From NCBI GenBank assembly GCA_963838025.1, contig CAWIPF010000001.1, positions 2,751,757 through 2,815,756 of the forward strand: DNA of 64,000 nucleotides, given 5' to 3'. The notes beneath the pieces were generated by a model that was given only the letters and a program-made list of their open reading frames with translations, was not told the DNA's origin and made no database searches. The stretch comes from an uncultured Actinomycetota bacterium (GTDB lineage: Bacteria > Actinomycetota > Actinomycetes > Propionibacteriales > Nocardioidaceae). Every line of letters begins with the position of its first letter. The stretch's first letter is position 1. Shown here piece after piece: positions 37,526 through 47,259 of the stretch. A program made the position numbers and the translations under genes.

Positions 37526-38193
37526 CCGCGGGTGGTCTCGAGGCGGTAGCCCACGCCCCGGAGGGTCTTGATGCGCACCTGGGCGGATCCCTCGAGCCGC
37601 TGGCGCAGCCGGGACATGTGGACGTCGATCGCGTTGCTGCGGATGTCCACCTCGCCCTCCCACACCTCGTCGAAGAGCCGGCTGCGCGTGATCACCTGCC
37701 CGGCGCTCTCGAGCAGGGCGGTGAGCATCGCGAGCTCACGGCGCGAGAGGGTCACCTCGACGTCGGCGACCCACACGCGTTGCTCGAGCGGGTCGAGCAC
37801 CACGTCGCCGGCGACCAACCGGTGGTCGGCGACCTCCCGACGCCGCAGCATCGCCTTCACCCGGGCGGCCAGCTCCTCGAGCGCGAAGGGCTTGACGAGG
37901 TAGTCGTCCGCGCCCGCATCGAGCCCGGCCACCCGCTCGGGCACCGCACCGCGGGCGGTCAGCATCAGGATCGGCACGTCGTTGCCCTCCCGGCGCAGCG
38001 CCCGGCACACGTCCAGGCCCGACATCCCGGGGAGCATCAGGTCCAGCACGACGGCGTCGACGTCCGCGGCACGTGCCGCCTCCAGGGCGCCGGGCCCGTC
38101 GTGGCAGCCGGTCGCGGTGATCCCGAGGTCCTCGAGGTAGCTGGTCACGAGCTCGACCATCCGTCTCTCGTCGTCGACGACCACCACGCGCAC
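37522..38193 (-). CDS. OmpR-family response regulator
   Basis: VVVDDE, LDLMLPGMSG, DDYLVKPF, and a winged helix (IKTLRGVGYRL). GTG 38193 chosen. Confidence 0.85.
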   Translation of the reverse strand: MRVVVVDDERRMVELVTSYLEDLGITATGCHDGPGALEAARAADVDAVVLDLMLPGMSGLDVCRALRREGNDVPILMLTARGAVPERVAGLDAGADDYLVKPFALEELAARVKAMLRRREVADHRLVAGDVVLDPLEQRVWVADVEVTLSRRELAMLTALLESAGQVITRSRLFDEVWEGEVDIRSNAIDVHMSRLRQRLEGSAQVRIKTLRGVGYRLETTRG

Positions 38194-38300
38194 GAGTCTC
38201 AGCCTAGGCGCACCGGCCGCGGCGGACGGGCGGTCGTCCCGTGCGGCCACATCCTGGTTGCCCCCTGCTGCGGGCACGCCGTTCGCCGTAAAGTCGGGGC

Positions 38301-39059
38301 GTGAAGCCGTTCCTGCTGCTGGCCACGCGTGAGGACGACGCCGCCGCCGACAACGAGTACGAGTCCTTCCTCAGGTTCACCGGCCTGTCGGAGGCGACGC
38401 TGCGGCGGGTCCGCCTCGAGCGCGGCCGCCTGGGGCCGGTCGACCTCGACGCGTGGTCGGGCATCTTCCTCGGCGGCGGCCCGTTCAACGCCAGCGACCC
38501 CGAGCACCAGAAGTCGCCGGGGCAGCGACGGGTCGAGGCGGAGCTCCGGGCCCTGCTCGACGCGGTCGTCGAGCGCGACTTCCCGTTCCTCGGCGCGTGC
38601 TACGGGATCGGCACCCTCGGGACGCACCGGGGCGGCGTCGTCGACCGGACGTACGCCGAGCCGATCGGCCCGGTCTCGGTGACGCTGACGACCGCGGGGC
38701 GCGACGACCCGGTCTTCGGGCACCTGCCGGAGAGCTTCGAGGCGTTCGTCGGCCACAAGGAGGCGATGAGCCTGCTTCCGCGGGACGCCGTGCACCTGGC
38801 GGCGTCGGAGCGGTGCCCGGTGCAGGGCTTCCGGATCGGGAGCAACGTCTACGCCACCCAGTTCCACCCCGAGCTCGACGCCGAGGGGCTCTGCACCCGG
38901 ATCGAGGTCTACAAGCACTCGGGGTACTTCGACCCCCACGAGGCCGAGGGGCTCAAGGCGCTGGCGCGCGCCGGGGAGGTGCGTGAGCCTCCGAGCATCC
39001 TCGAGCGGTTCGTCGCGCGGTACGCCGCGGTGGACCGCATCGGCTCCGCGGCAGGCTGA
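38301..39059 (+). CDS. class I glutamine amidotransferase-like protein
   Basis: FLGACYGIG (nucleophile Cys) and ATQFHPE. Confidence 0.8.
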   Translation: MKPFLLLATREDDAAADNEYESFLRFTGLSEATLRRVRLERGRLGPVDLDAWSGIFLGGGPFNASDPEHQKSPGQRRVEAELRALLDAVVERDFPFLGACYGIGTLGTHRGGVVDRTYAEPIGPVSVTLTTAGRDDPVFGHLPESFEAFVGHKEAMSLLPRDAVHLAASERCPVQGFRIGSNVYATQFHPELDAEGLCTRIEVYKHSGYFDPHEAEGLKALARAGEVREPPSILERFVARYAAVDRIGSAAG

Positions 39060-39068
39060 CCGCCCGCG

Positions 39069-39170
39069 TCAGAGGACCGCCGCTGCGATGGCCCACATGA
39101 CCAGCAGCGTGAGGAGCACCCCGCCGATGAACACCGCGACCATCTCGATCCCGGCCTTCTCCCGTGCCAT
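39069..39170 (-). CDS. 33-aa single-TM micro-protein (unlisted ORF)
   Basis: AAGGAG RBS 7 nt before ATG 39170. Product MAREKAGIEMVAVFIGGVLLTLLVMWAIAAAVL. Confidence 0.35.
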   Translation of the reverse strand: MAREKAGIEMVAVFIGGVLLTLLVMWAIAAAVL

Positions 39171-39217
39171 GGACACCTCTCCTTCCGCTTGTTCGAACTC
39201 TTCTCACTGGAGACTTC

Positions 39218-39604
39218 TCACCGGCGCGGCCGGCCGTCGGCCGCCTCGTCCTCGAACTCCACCCGGCCCGGGTCGAACTGCTCCCCCTCCAGGCTGGTCT
39301 GGGCGGCGGCGCGGATGACCGCGCGCACGTGGGCGCGGTCCCGGTCGGCGCCCGCCGGGCAGGAGACGACCACGACGTGCCGGCCATGCTCGAGGACGGT
39401 GACGGCGTCGTAGCCGTCGGCGTGGAGGGCGGCGAGGAGGACCGCCGGGTCCTGCCCGGTCGGTACGACGTACCTCAGCTCCTCCTCCGGCGGGCCGGTC
39501 ATCTCCCCGCCCCGGTGGGTCGCCCGGTTCACCGAACGCACCACGACGAACCCTGCGATCCCCAGCCCGATGAGCACCACCAGGACCGCGACACCGACCG
39601 TCAT
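39218..39604 (-). CDS. membrane-anchored hypothetical protein
   Basis: N-terminal TM segment (VGVAVLVVLIGLGIAGFVVV) followed by a soluble domain; good GC3. Confidence 0.5.
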   Translation of the reverse strand: MTVGVAVLVVLIGLGIAGFVVVRSVNRATHRGGEMTGPPEEELRYVVPTGQDPAVLLAALHADGYDAVTVLEHGRHVVVVSCPAGADRDRAHVRAVIRAAAQTSLEGEQFDPGRVEFEDEAADGRPRR

Positions 39605-39731
39605 CTCGTCTCACCCCTTCTCGCACGGTTGCACCGCCCTCGTGCCCGAATCTCTCGGGCACAAACGTCCCGACCGGCAGGGACGAACCACATCTGGAAC
39701 CTCGAACGGTTAGCCAAAGGCGCCCCGGGCG

Positions 39732-40538
39732 ATGCACAATCGAGACATGTTCATGACCGAGGTCGACGGCAAGCGGCTGCCGGCGGCCATTGCCGGACAC
39801 CCGGCTCTCGAGCTGTGCAACACCTGGGCGGGGTGGAACTCCCCGCCCGGCACCGGCGGCGACTACCTGGTCGACTACGACACCCTCGCCGTCTGGGCCG
39901 GCGACCGCGCCGGTCTCACCGCGACGCAGACCACGGCCGCACGCGAGGCTGCCGCAGCGGCCGGGGACCAGGCCGCGCGGGTGCTGCGCGAAGCCCGCCG
40001 GTTCCGCAGCCACCTCTACACCCTGCTCACCGGTGCAGCGTCGGACAGCGCCACCGCGGAGGTGGCCCGGCTCGCGCACGAGGCCAGGGCCGCACAGCGC
40101 CTCCGGCGCGCCGAGGACGGCACGCTGTCGTGGCAGCTCCCCCTCGACAACCCGGTGCGGCTGCCCCTCCTCGCCGCGGCCCTCGCGGCGTCGGACCTGC
40201 TCACCGGCCCGCAGCGCGAGGCGGTGCACGCCTGCCCCGGCCACGAGTGCGGCTGGCTGTTCCTCGACCCCCGGGGCCGCCGCAAGTGGTGCGTGATGGC
40301 GGTGTGCGGCAACCGCGCCAAGGCGCGTGCGCATGCGGAGCGCCGTGCCGGGCCGGGAGCCTCCGCAGCCCTGCACCGTCCACCGCTGACGGCCGCGCCC
40401 TCGCCCGGGCCGCCCGGCGCCCCCGGGCTGCGATCTCATCACGGTCCGGCCGCGGCTTGGTCTCGATTTCGACACACGACCCCGCCGACCGTTGACGCGC
40501 CCCGGCAACTAACCATTGAATCACTGCTAAGTGGTTAG
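39732..40538 (+). CDS. CGNR zinc-finger (ABATE domain) protein
   Basis: CPGHECGWLFLDPRGRRKWCVMAVCGNRAKARAH. An alternative ATG lies at 39747. Confidence 0.8.
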   Translation: MHNRDMFMTEVDGKRLPAAIAGHPALELCNTWAGWNSPPGTGGDYLVDYDTLAVWAGDRAGLTATQTTAAREAAAAAGDQAARVLREARRFRSHLYTLLTGAASDSATAEVARLAHEARAAQRLRRAEDGTLSWQLPLDNPVRLPLLAAALAASDLLTGPQREAVHACPGHECGWLFLDPRGRRKWCVMAVCGNRAKARAHAERRAGPGASAALHRPPLTAAPSPGPPGAPGLRSHHGPAAAWSRFRHTTPPTVDAPRQLTIESLLSG

Positions 40539-40579
40539 TCGCCTGAAGCGGCGGCTCACGTCAGAGAGGCGCATCCAAC

Positions 40580-42343
40580 ATGCAGCTCATGAAACCGGCG
40601 GTGGTCCTGGCGTCCGCCGCCCTGATGACCCTCGCGGCCTGCGGCGGCGGTGGCGGCAGCAACGGCGGCCCGGGCGCCGGGGCGTCCTTCCGGGCCGGAG
40701 GCGGCGCGGGCGCGGCCAAGAACGCCGACGCCAAGGCCCCGATGGCAGTGCCGGACGGGGCCCAGAAGGGCGGGACGCTGACGGTGCTGACCGCCAACGC
40801 GCCCTCGACGCTTCGACCCGACGCAGGCCTACTACACGGACTCGACCGCGATCCTCTCGGACCTGGTCACCCGGTCGCCTGACGCAGTACACCTACAACC
40901 CCGAGACCAACGACATGCAGTTGATCCCGGACATGGCGACCGACCTGGGGCAGCCCAACGCGGACAACACCGAGTGGAAGTTCACGCTGCGTGACGGGCT
41001 GAAGTACGAGGACGGCACCCCGGTCAAGGCCGAGGACGTCGCCTACGCGGTGAAGCGGATCGTTCGCGATCGCCGAGCTGCCCGACGGCCCGACCTACAG
41101 ACCGACGTTCTTCCTCGACGGCGACAAGTACAAGGGCCCGTTCAAGGACAAGGGCCAGTACAAGGGCGTCTCGGTGAGCGGCAACACGGTGACGATCAAG
41201 ATGCGCCGGCCGTTCACGGACATGGACTACTACGCCTCGTTCCCGCAGTTCACCGCGATCCCGCAGGCGAAGGACAACCCGCAGAGCTACGGCCGTCACC
41301 CGATGGCCACCGGTCCGTACAAGTTCGCCTCCTACAAGCCCCAGCAGGAGCTGACGCTGGTCAAGAACGACCAGTGGGACCCGAACACCGACCCGGGCCG
41401 GCTGCAGATGGTCGACGGGTGGGACTTCAAGTTCGGCCAGGACACGGCCAAGCTCGAGAACATCATCATCAACGACAACGGGTCCGCCCAGACCACGCTG
41501 ACCTACGACAACGTCAGCGCCTCGTCGTACCGGCAGATCTCGTCGGACAAGCAGCGTCTGGTCACCGGCACCAGCCCGTGCACGTACATGTGGTACATCG
41601 ACATGACCAAGATCAAGGACGTCAACGTCCGCAAGGCGATCGGTTACGCGTACCCGTACGAGGCTGCCTGGAAGGCCGGCGGCGACATCATCGGCGTCAC
41701 CCGGGTCCCGGGCACGTCGATCCTGCCCCCGGGCACGGCCGGTCGTGTGGAGTACGACGCGCTGGGCATCCAGGGCAAGAACACCGACCCGGCCAAGGCC
41801 AAGGAGCTGCTGAAGAAGGCGGGCTACAAGCCGGGCCAGTACGAGATCAAGTTCCTGTTCGCCACCGATGACGACCAGTCGGTCGCGGCGAAGAACGAGA
41901 TCGTCAAGGGCCTGCAGGCCGGTGGCTTCAAGGCCACGCCGATCGCGTCGACCACGGCGACGATCCGCACCGACCGCACCGACTACAACTCGCCGATCAA
42001 CGTCCGGTCGAGCGGTTGGTGCTCGGACTGGCCGTCCGGCATCACCTGGTTCCCGGCCCAGTGGGCGGGCAACCTGGTCGGGCTCGAGGGCATGCCGAAC
42101 ATCGCCAACTTCAAGGTCAAGGCGATGGACGACGAGCAGAACCGCATCCTCGACACGCTGACCCCCGCCGAGGCGATCAAGGCCTGGGGCCAGTTCGACA
42201 AGACCATGGAGGAGAAGTACTACCCGGCCGTCGTCACCGGCTACTCCGGCACGGCGATGATCCACGGCTCGAAGGTCGGCGGCATGGCCAACGACAACAT
42301 CCGCGGGATGCCGACCTTCGCACAGATGTACGTCACGCAGTAA
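40580..42343 (+). pseudogene. ABC transporter substrate-binding lipoprotein (family 5, peptide/nickel type) interrupted by three +1 frameshifts
   Basis: Lipobox LAAC. Coherent SBP sequence runs frame 2 to about 40813, frame 0 to about 40879, frame 1 to about 41059, then frame 2 to the stop at 42343. Confidence 0.75.
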
Positions 42344-42453
42344 GCCGGCGTACGCACCAGAGGCCGATGGGGGCGGAACCACCACCCGCCCCCATCGGCT
42401 GTTCCATGCGCTGACCCCGATCCGGGCGGCACGGACGATACGGTGGTCGCCTC

Positions 42454-44190
42454 ATGTCGGACCAGCATCCCGAGCACCCCCGCGCACGGCGAGCCGCCCG
42501 CCTCGGCGTCCGGCTCGCCCTGTGTCTGGCCGCCGCTGCGGTCGTCGCCGCACCGCTGGCGCTCGAGCGCGGCGTCGAGCACGCCGAGATCCACGACAGC
42601 ATCGGGTTGGTCCCCGCCCGCCTGACGTTGACCGGCAACTCGCAGAGCGAGCTGCGGCTCGGCATCCTGGGCACGATCCGGTTCCCGGTGAGCCGTGGAC
42701 CTCTGGGCCTGTCGGTCACCGCGGACGGCGCGCCCGCGACGCCCAGCGGCGACGGCAACCTGGGGTCGTACTTCTCCCCCCAGATGCTCAAGGTCTACGG
42801 CGGCCTGTTCCACGATCCCGGCAGGGCGATCCGAGGGTACGTCGAGCAGCTCCAGGACGAGCTCCAGCACGAGGTGCTGGTCGCGGAGCTCTGGTACACC
42901 GTCGTCGGCGGGGCGCTGCTGCTCGTCGGCTCGCTCGTCGTGGACCCCCGGCTGACCCGGCGCCTCTCGCGGCGCCCGGTGGTCGCGGCGGCCGCCGGCA
43001 CGGTCCTGGCCCTGGCGACCACGACGTCGGTGGCGTTCGCGGAGTTCCGCGACTGGGCGACCGACCCCCAGGCAGCCTCCGCCGGCGCTCTCTACCCGCT
43101 GCCCTCGCTGGACGGCACCGAGGCCGCGGGGGCGGTCACCGACAGCCCCGTGCTCCGGCTGGCCATCGAGGACGCCATCCCCAAGGTGCACAAGCTCATC
43201 CGGCGCCAGGAGTCACGGACGCAGGCCTTCGTCGACACCGCGACCCGGCAGCTCGTGGCGAGCCGGGCGGAGATGGCCGGCCCCCGCCCCGGGGAGACCG
43301 CGGTGCTGATGCAGTCGGACATGCACTGCAACGCGGCGATGATCTCGCTGCAGCGTCGCGTCCGCGAGCTGCTCGACGCCCGCTTCGGGGCAGGCACGAT
43401 CAGCCTGCTGGCGATCAGCGGCGACCTCACCACCAACGGGACCGCGGCCGAGGGGCCGTGCATCGACGACGAGGCGGCGATCGCCGGCGACGCCCCGGTG
43501 GCCGCCGTGACCGGCAACCACGAGAGCGAGGTGAGCGCCCAGCAGATGCGGGGCGCGGGGATGCACGTGCTGACCGGGTCCACCCAGGACCTCGCCGGCA
43601 CCACGGTCCTGGGCGCCGGCGACCCGAACCGCACCGAGATGTTCGGCGCCACCTCGCTGCGCGGGACCGCGACCGAGGAGTCCGTGGGCACCGCCACCTA
43701 CGAGACCGCGACCTCGGACCACCCCGACCTGGTCATGCTGCACGAGGGGTACGCCGTCCAGGCCTTCATCGGCAGCGGGGTGCGCAGCATGACGACGTTC
43801 CTCGACGAGCGGGGCAGCGCCACCGAGTGGTGGGACGACGGGATCAGGGACCTGCCGGCGTCTGCGGTGTTCTACGGCCACTGGCACCGGGAGATGCCCC
43901 CGCGCGTGGTGTGGAACTCGGACGGCACCTGGACACTGGTGATGGAGCTGAACACCTCCGGCGGCGCGATCGCCTCGCCGACCCTCAACCACTTCTCGAC
44001 ACCCTGGTCACAGCCGCAGCAGCAGGCGTCCTTCCCGGTGGTGTTCAAGAACAGGGAGAGCGGCCTGGTCACCGGCTACCAGCTCTACTCGGTCGCCCCT
44101 GACGGCACCGTCACGGTCTCCCCGCGGGTCGAGGTGGGCACCCCCGGTCAGTCGGCAGGCGCCCGGCCACCGCCGTTGGGCTCCTCGTAG
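42454..44190 (+). CDS. membrane-anchored metallophosphoesterase
   Basis: SDMHCN, GDLTTNG, GNHE, GHWH motifs. Two N-terminal TM segments. Confidence 0.8.
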   Translation: MSDQHPEHPRARRAARLGVRLALCLAAAAVVAAPLALERGVEHAEIHDSIGLVPARLTLTGNSQSELRLGILGTIRFPVSRGPLGLSVTADGAPATPSGDGNLGSYFSPQMLKVYGGLFHDPGRAIRGYVEQLQDELQHEVLVAELWYTVVGGALLLVGSLVVDPRLTRRLSRRPVVAAAAGTVLALATTTSVAFAEFRDWATDPQAASAGALYPLPSLDGTEAAGAVTDSPVLRLAIEDAIPKVHKLIRRQESRTQAFVDTATRQLVASRAEMAGPRPGETAVLMQSDMHCNAAMISLQRRVRELLDARFGAGTISLLAISGDLTTNGTAAEGPCIDDEAAIAGDAPVAAVTGNHESEVSAQQMRGAGMHVLTGSTQDLAGTTVLGAGDPNRTEMFGATSLRGTATEESVGTATYETATSDHPDLVMLHEGYAVQAFIGSGVRSMTTFLDERGSATEWWDDGIRDLPASAVFYGHWHREMPPRVVWNSDGTWTLVMELNTSGGAIASPTLNHFSTPWSQPQQQASFPVVFKNRESGLVTGYQLYSVAPDGTVTVSPRVEVGTPGQSAGARPPPLGSS

Positions 44191-45533
44191 ATGGCCCACC
44201 AGCCGACGGAGTGCGTGCGGCGCATGTAGTCCCAGTGCGCGACGTACTGCCGGTACACCGACCGCGACGGGATCCTGATCGTGACCTCGTCGGCGGTCAG
44301 GCTGCGGTCGGACCAGTTGTTCGACCCGGTCCACGTCACCCAGGCGGACCGGTCGCCGGCTACGTTCCCGGAAGCCGCGAACATCTTCAGGTGCGAGTAC
44401 TTCGCCGCCACCACGCCGGCCGGCCCGGGGAACAACACCCGCCGCGCGAGCATGCGCGGGCCGGTGTTCCTGGTCAGCAGGTTGTAGGTCCCGTGCCCCA
44501 TGAAGCTGTACAGGATGCGGACGTAGCATCCCCGCTCGTACATCTGCCGGACCCGTCTGGCCAGGTAGAGGCCTCGCGCACCGTGCCAGGCGTGCATGGT
44601 GACGTAGAGGACGGAGTGCCCGTTGATGCCGGCCCCGCCGGTCGCCCCGCTGCAGCGGATGCTGCGCAGGTCGCGCATGGTCCGGTCCGTCGCCGCCGTC
44701 GCCCTCCGGAAGGGGTAGAACGTGGAGGTGTAGCCGCCCGCCCGGAAGATCCACGGTCCGTCACCGGGGCGGTCCGGCACCATCGCCTCGTACATGGTGC
44801 GGTACTGGCGGTAGAGCCGCTGGTTGCCGTTGACGGTGAAGAGGTCGTTCCACTGCACGCGTACGGCGTTCGACGTCATGTTCGTCGAGCCCACCATGAC
44901 GGTGTTCAGCGCGCCGCCCGCCTGGCTGAACAGGAAGAACTTGCTGTGCAGCACCGACGTCCCGAGGCAGCCGTTGCTGCACCGGTGGGCGAAGCTGCGC
45001 TTGGTGGACCAGTCCGTGCCCCGGTAGCCGAGCGCCTTGACCAGCCGGGCCCACCCGGGCGAGTTCGAGGCGTTCAGGTGCGAGTTCATCAGGATCTGCA
45101 CGCTGACGCACCGCTTGTCCGCGGCAATGAGCGCGTTGACGAAGTCGCGGTCGGCGATGGAGTACAGCGAGATCTTGATCTCGGAGGGGTAGAGGGCCGG
45201 CTCCTTCTCCGGGCACGCGACCGGCGTCCCGTCGTCGGTCTTGAGCAGGTGGCCGGCGGCGTTGCGGGGCAGCTCGTAGCCGGGCACGCTGTTGATCGCG
45301 CGGTTCACGTGCCTGAGCAGGGCCCGGCTGTCCTTGGTCCCGGCGTAGGGGTTGTTGAACTTCGGGCCGCTCGGGGGGGTGTAGTGGCCCGGCGCGTACC
45401 TCACCCACGTCGTCGGGTCGTTCGGGTCCGGGGCGGTGGATGCGCCGGTGGCCGTCGAGGAGACGGCGATGACCGGCAGGGAGGCGACCAACGCGATCCC
45501 GAGCAGGCGGGCGAGGAACCGGCGCACGTTCAT
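44148..45533 (-). CDS. secreted phospholipase D-like (two HKD motifs) protein
   Basis: Signal peptide MNVRRFLARLLGIALVASLPVIAV. HSKFFLF..GSTNMT and HLKMFAA..GSNNWS. Confidence 0.8.
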   Translation of the reverse strand: MNVRRFLARLLGIALVASLPVIAVSSTATGASTAPDPNDPTTWVRYAPGHYTPPSGPKFNNPYAGTKDSRALLRHVNRAINSVPGYELPRNAAGHLLKTDDGTPVACPEKEPALYPSEIKISLYSIADRDFVNALIAADKRCVSVQILMNSHLNASNSPGWARLVKALGYRGTDWSTKRSFAHRCSNGCLGTSVLHSKFFLFSQAGGALNTVMVGSTNMTSNAVRVQWNDLFTVNGNQRLYRQYRTMYEAMVPDRPGDGPWIFRAGGYTSTFYPFRRATAATDRTMRDLRSIRCSGATGGAGINGHSVLYVTMHAWHGARGLYLARRVRQMYERGCYVRILYSFMGHGTYNLLTRNTGPRMLARRVLFPGPAGVVAAKYSHLKMFAASGNVAGDRSAWVTWTGSNNWSDRSLTADEVTIRIPSRSVYRQYVAHWDYMRRTHSVGWWAIYEEPNGGGRAPAD

Positions 45534-45702
45534 CGAACCCCCCAGGACGCGTCTGCCGAGCCGCGTCACAGACGAGTGGCTGTTACAAGGACTATCGCAC
45601 CACAGGAGGCCTTTACTTTTCAGGAGAACGGCGCAGAAACCCGCAGGCGGACGCCCGCAACGCGGCCGGCATGCGTCGGCCTCGCGGAAACCCCACGTTT
45701 CG

Positions 45703-45718
45703 ATACCCCCTACGGTAT
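45703..45718. promoter_or_regulatory. CsoR-family-type palindromic operator, site 1
   Basis: ATACC-CCCTAC-GGTAT. Confidence 0.45.
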
Positions 45719-45767
45719 TATGGTGCGCGCCGTCCCAGGTGCCCGGGCGGCGCATCGCGGGGGGAGG

Positions 45768-45794
45768 GGAATGATTCCCGGGGCGCCGGGGTTG
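45768..45794 (+). promoter_or_regulatory. SigH/SigR-type promoter (GGAAT-N18-GTTG) for the thioredoxin operon
   Basis: GGAAT at 45768-72, an exact 18-nt spacer, GTTG at 45791-94; 38 nt upstream of the trx ATG. Confidence 0.55.
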
Positions 45795-45811
45795 ATACCC
45801 CCGTAGGTATC
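45794..45811. promoter_or_regulatory. CsoR-family-type palindromic operator, site 2, abutting the -10 element
   Basis: GATACC-CCCGTA-GGTATC. Its reverse complement, ATACCTACGGGGGTAT, resembles the B. subtilis copZA CsoR operator as I recall it. Confidence 0.5.
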
Positions 45812-45831
45812 GTGCAACCGGAGGAGCCCCC

Positions 45832-46209
45832 ATGGCAACCAGGAACCTCACCGCCACCGACTTCGAGCAGACCGTCACCGAGAGCGACATCGTCCTCGTC
45901 GACTTCTGGGCGTCGTGGTGCGGCCCGTGCCGCATGTTCGCCCCGACGTACGAGAAGGCGTCCGAGGCGCACCCCGACATCGTGTTCGGGAAGGTCGACA
46001 CCGAGGCCGAGCAGTCGCTGGCCGCGGCCGCGTCCATCACCTCGATCCCGACGCTGATGGCGTTCCGTGAGGGCGTGCTGGTGTTCGCGCAGCCCGGGGC
46101 GCTCCCGCCGGCCGCGCTGGACCAGGTCATCGAGGCCGTCCGCGGTCTCGACATGGCCGAGGTGCACGCCAAGGTGGCGGCCGCCCAGCAGGACTCCGCC
46201 TCGCGCTGA
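45832..46209 (+). CDS. thioredoxin
   Basis: WASWCGPC active site; 125 aa with a C-terminal extension. Confidence 0.9.
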   Translation: MATRNLTATDFEQTVTESDIVLVDFWASWCGPCRMFAPTYEKASEAHPDIVFGKVDTEAEQSLAAAASITSIPTLMAFREGVLVFAQPGALPPAALDQVIEAVRGLDMAEVHAKVAAAQQDSASR

Positions 46210-46503
<294 letters not shown>

Positions 46504-46542
46504 CCCCCGTGGGAGGATCGGGCCCACGGAGGGAGGAGCCCG

Positions 46543-47259
46543 ATGGACGCTGACGGGGACACCCGGGGCCGGCCCGAGGTCCTGCTCGTCGACGACGAGC
46601 CGGACATCCGCAGGGTCCTGCGCGGCTACCTCGAGACGGAGGGGTTCGCCGTCGTCGAGGCCGCCACCGGCGAGGCCGCGCTCGAGCGGGTCCGACGCCA
46701 GGAGCCGGGCGTGGTCCTGCTCGACGTGATGCTGCCCGACATCGACGGCATCGAGGTGCTGCGCCGGCTGCGCACGTTCACCCAGGTCTTCGTCGTCCTC
46801 GTCACCGCCCGCACCGAGGAGGTCGACAAGCTCGTCGGTCTCGGCGTGGGGGCTGACGACTACATCACCAAGCCGTTCAGCCCGCGCGAGGTCGTCGCCC
46901 GCGTGAAGGCGGTTCTTCGCCGGGCGCGAGGGAGCGCGGTCCAGGACGGCGAGCGCCGGGTGTTCCCGGGTCTCACCCTGGACCCGGCCCGCCGCGAGGT
47001 CTCCTCGGACGGCCGGCCGGTGACGCTCACCGCGCTCGAGTTCGACCTGCTCGCCGCGCTGGCCGGCTCTCCCGGGCGGGTGTTCTCGCGTCGCCAGCTC
47101 CTCGAACGCGTGTGGGGCTACGACTTCTACGGGGACGAGCGGGTGGTCGACGTGCACGTGCGGAACCTGCGGCTGCAGCTGCACGACGACGCCGCGAACC
47201 CGCGCCTGATCGGCACCGTCCGCGGTGTCGGCTACAAGTTCCTCCAGGACCCGGCGTGA
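46543..47259 (+). CDS. OmpR-family response regulator
   Basis: LLVDDEPDI, LLDVMLPDIDG, DDYITKPFS, TVRGVGYKF. Confidence 0.9.
   Translation: MDADGDTRGRPEVLLVDDEPDIRRVLRGYLETEGFAVVEAATGEAALERVRRQEPGVVLLDVMLPDIDGIEVLRRLRTFTQVFVVLVTARTEEVDKLVGLGVGADDYITKPFSPREVVARVKAVLRRARGSAVQDGERRVFPGLTLDPARREVSSDGRPVTLTALEFDLLAALAGSPGRVFSRRQLLERVWGYDFYGDERVVDVHVRNLRLQLHDDAANPRLIGTVRGVGYKFLQDPA

Noticed and set aside
40800-41070. Programmed ribosomal frameshifting as an explanation for the broken genes
   Set aside because: There are no slippery heptamers or stimulatory structures at the junctions. Three consecutive shifts in one gene are implausible. Simple 1-nt insertions, real or artefactual, explain every case.
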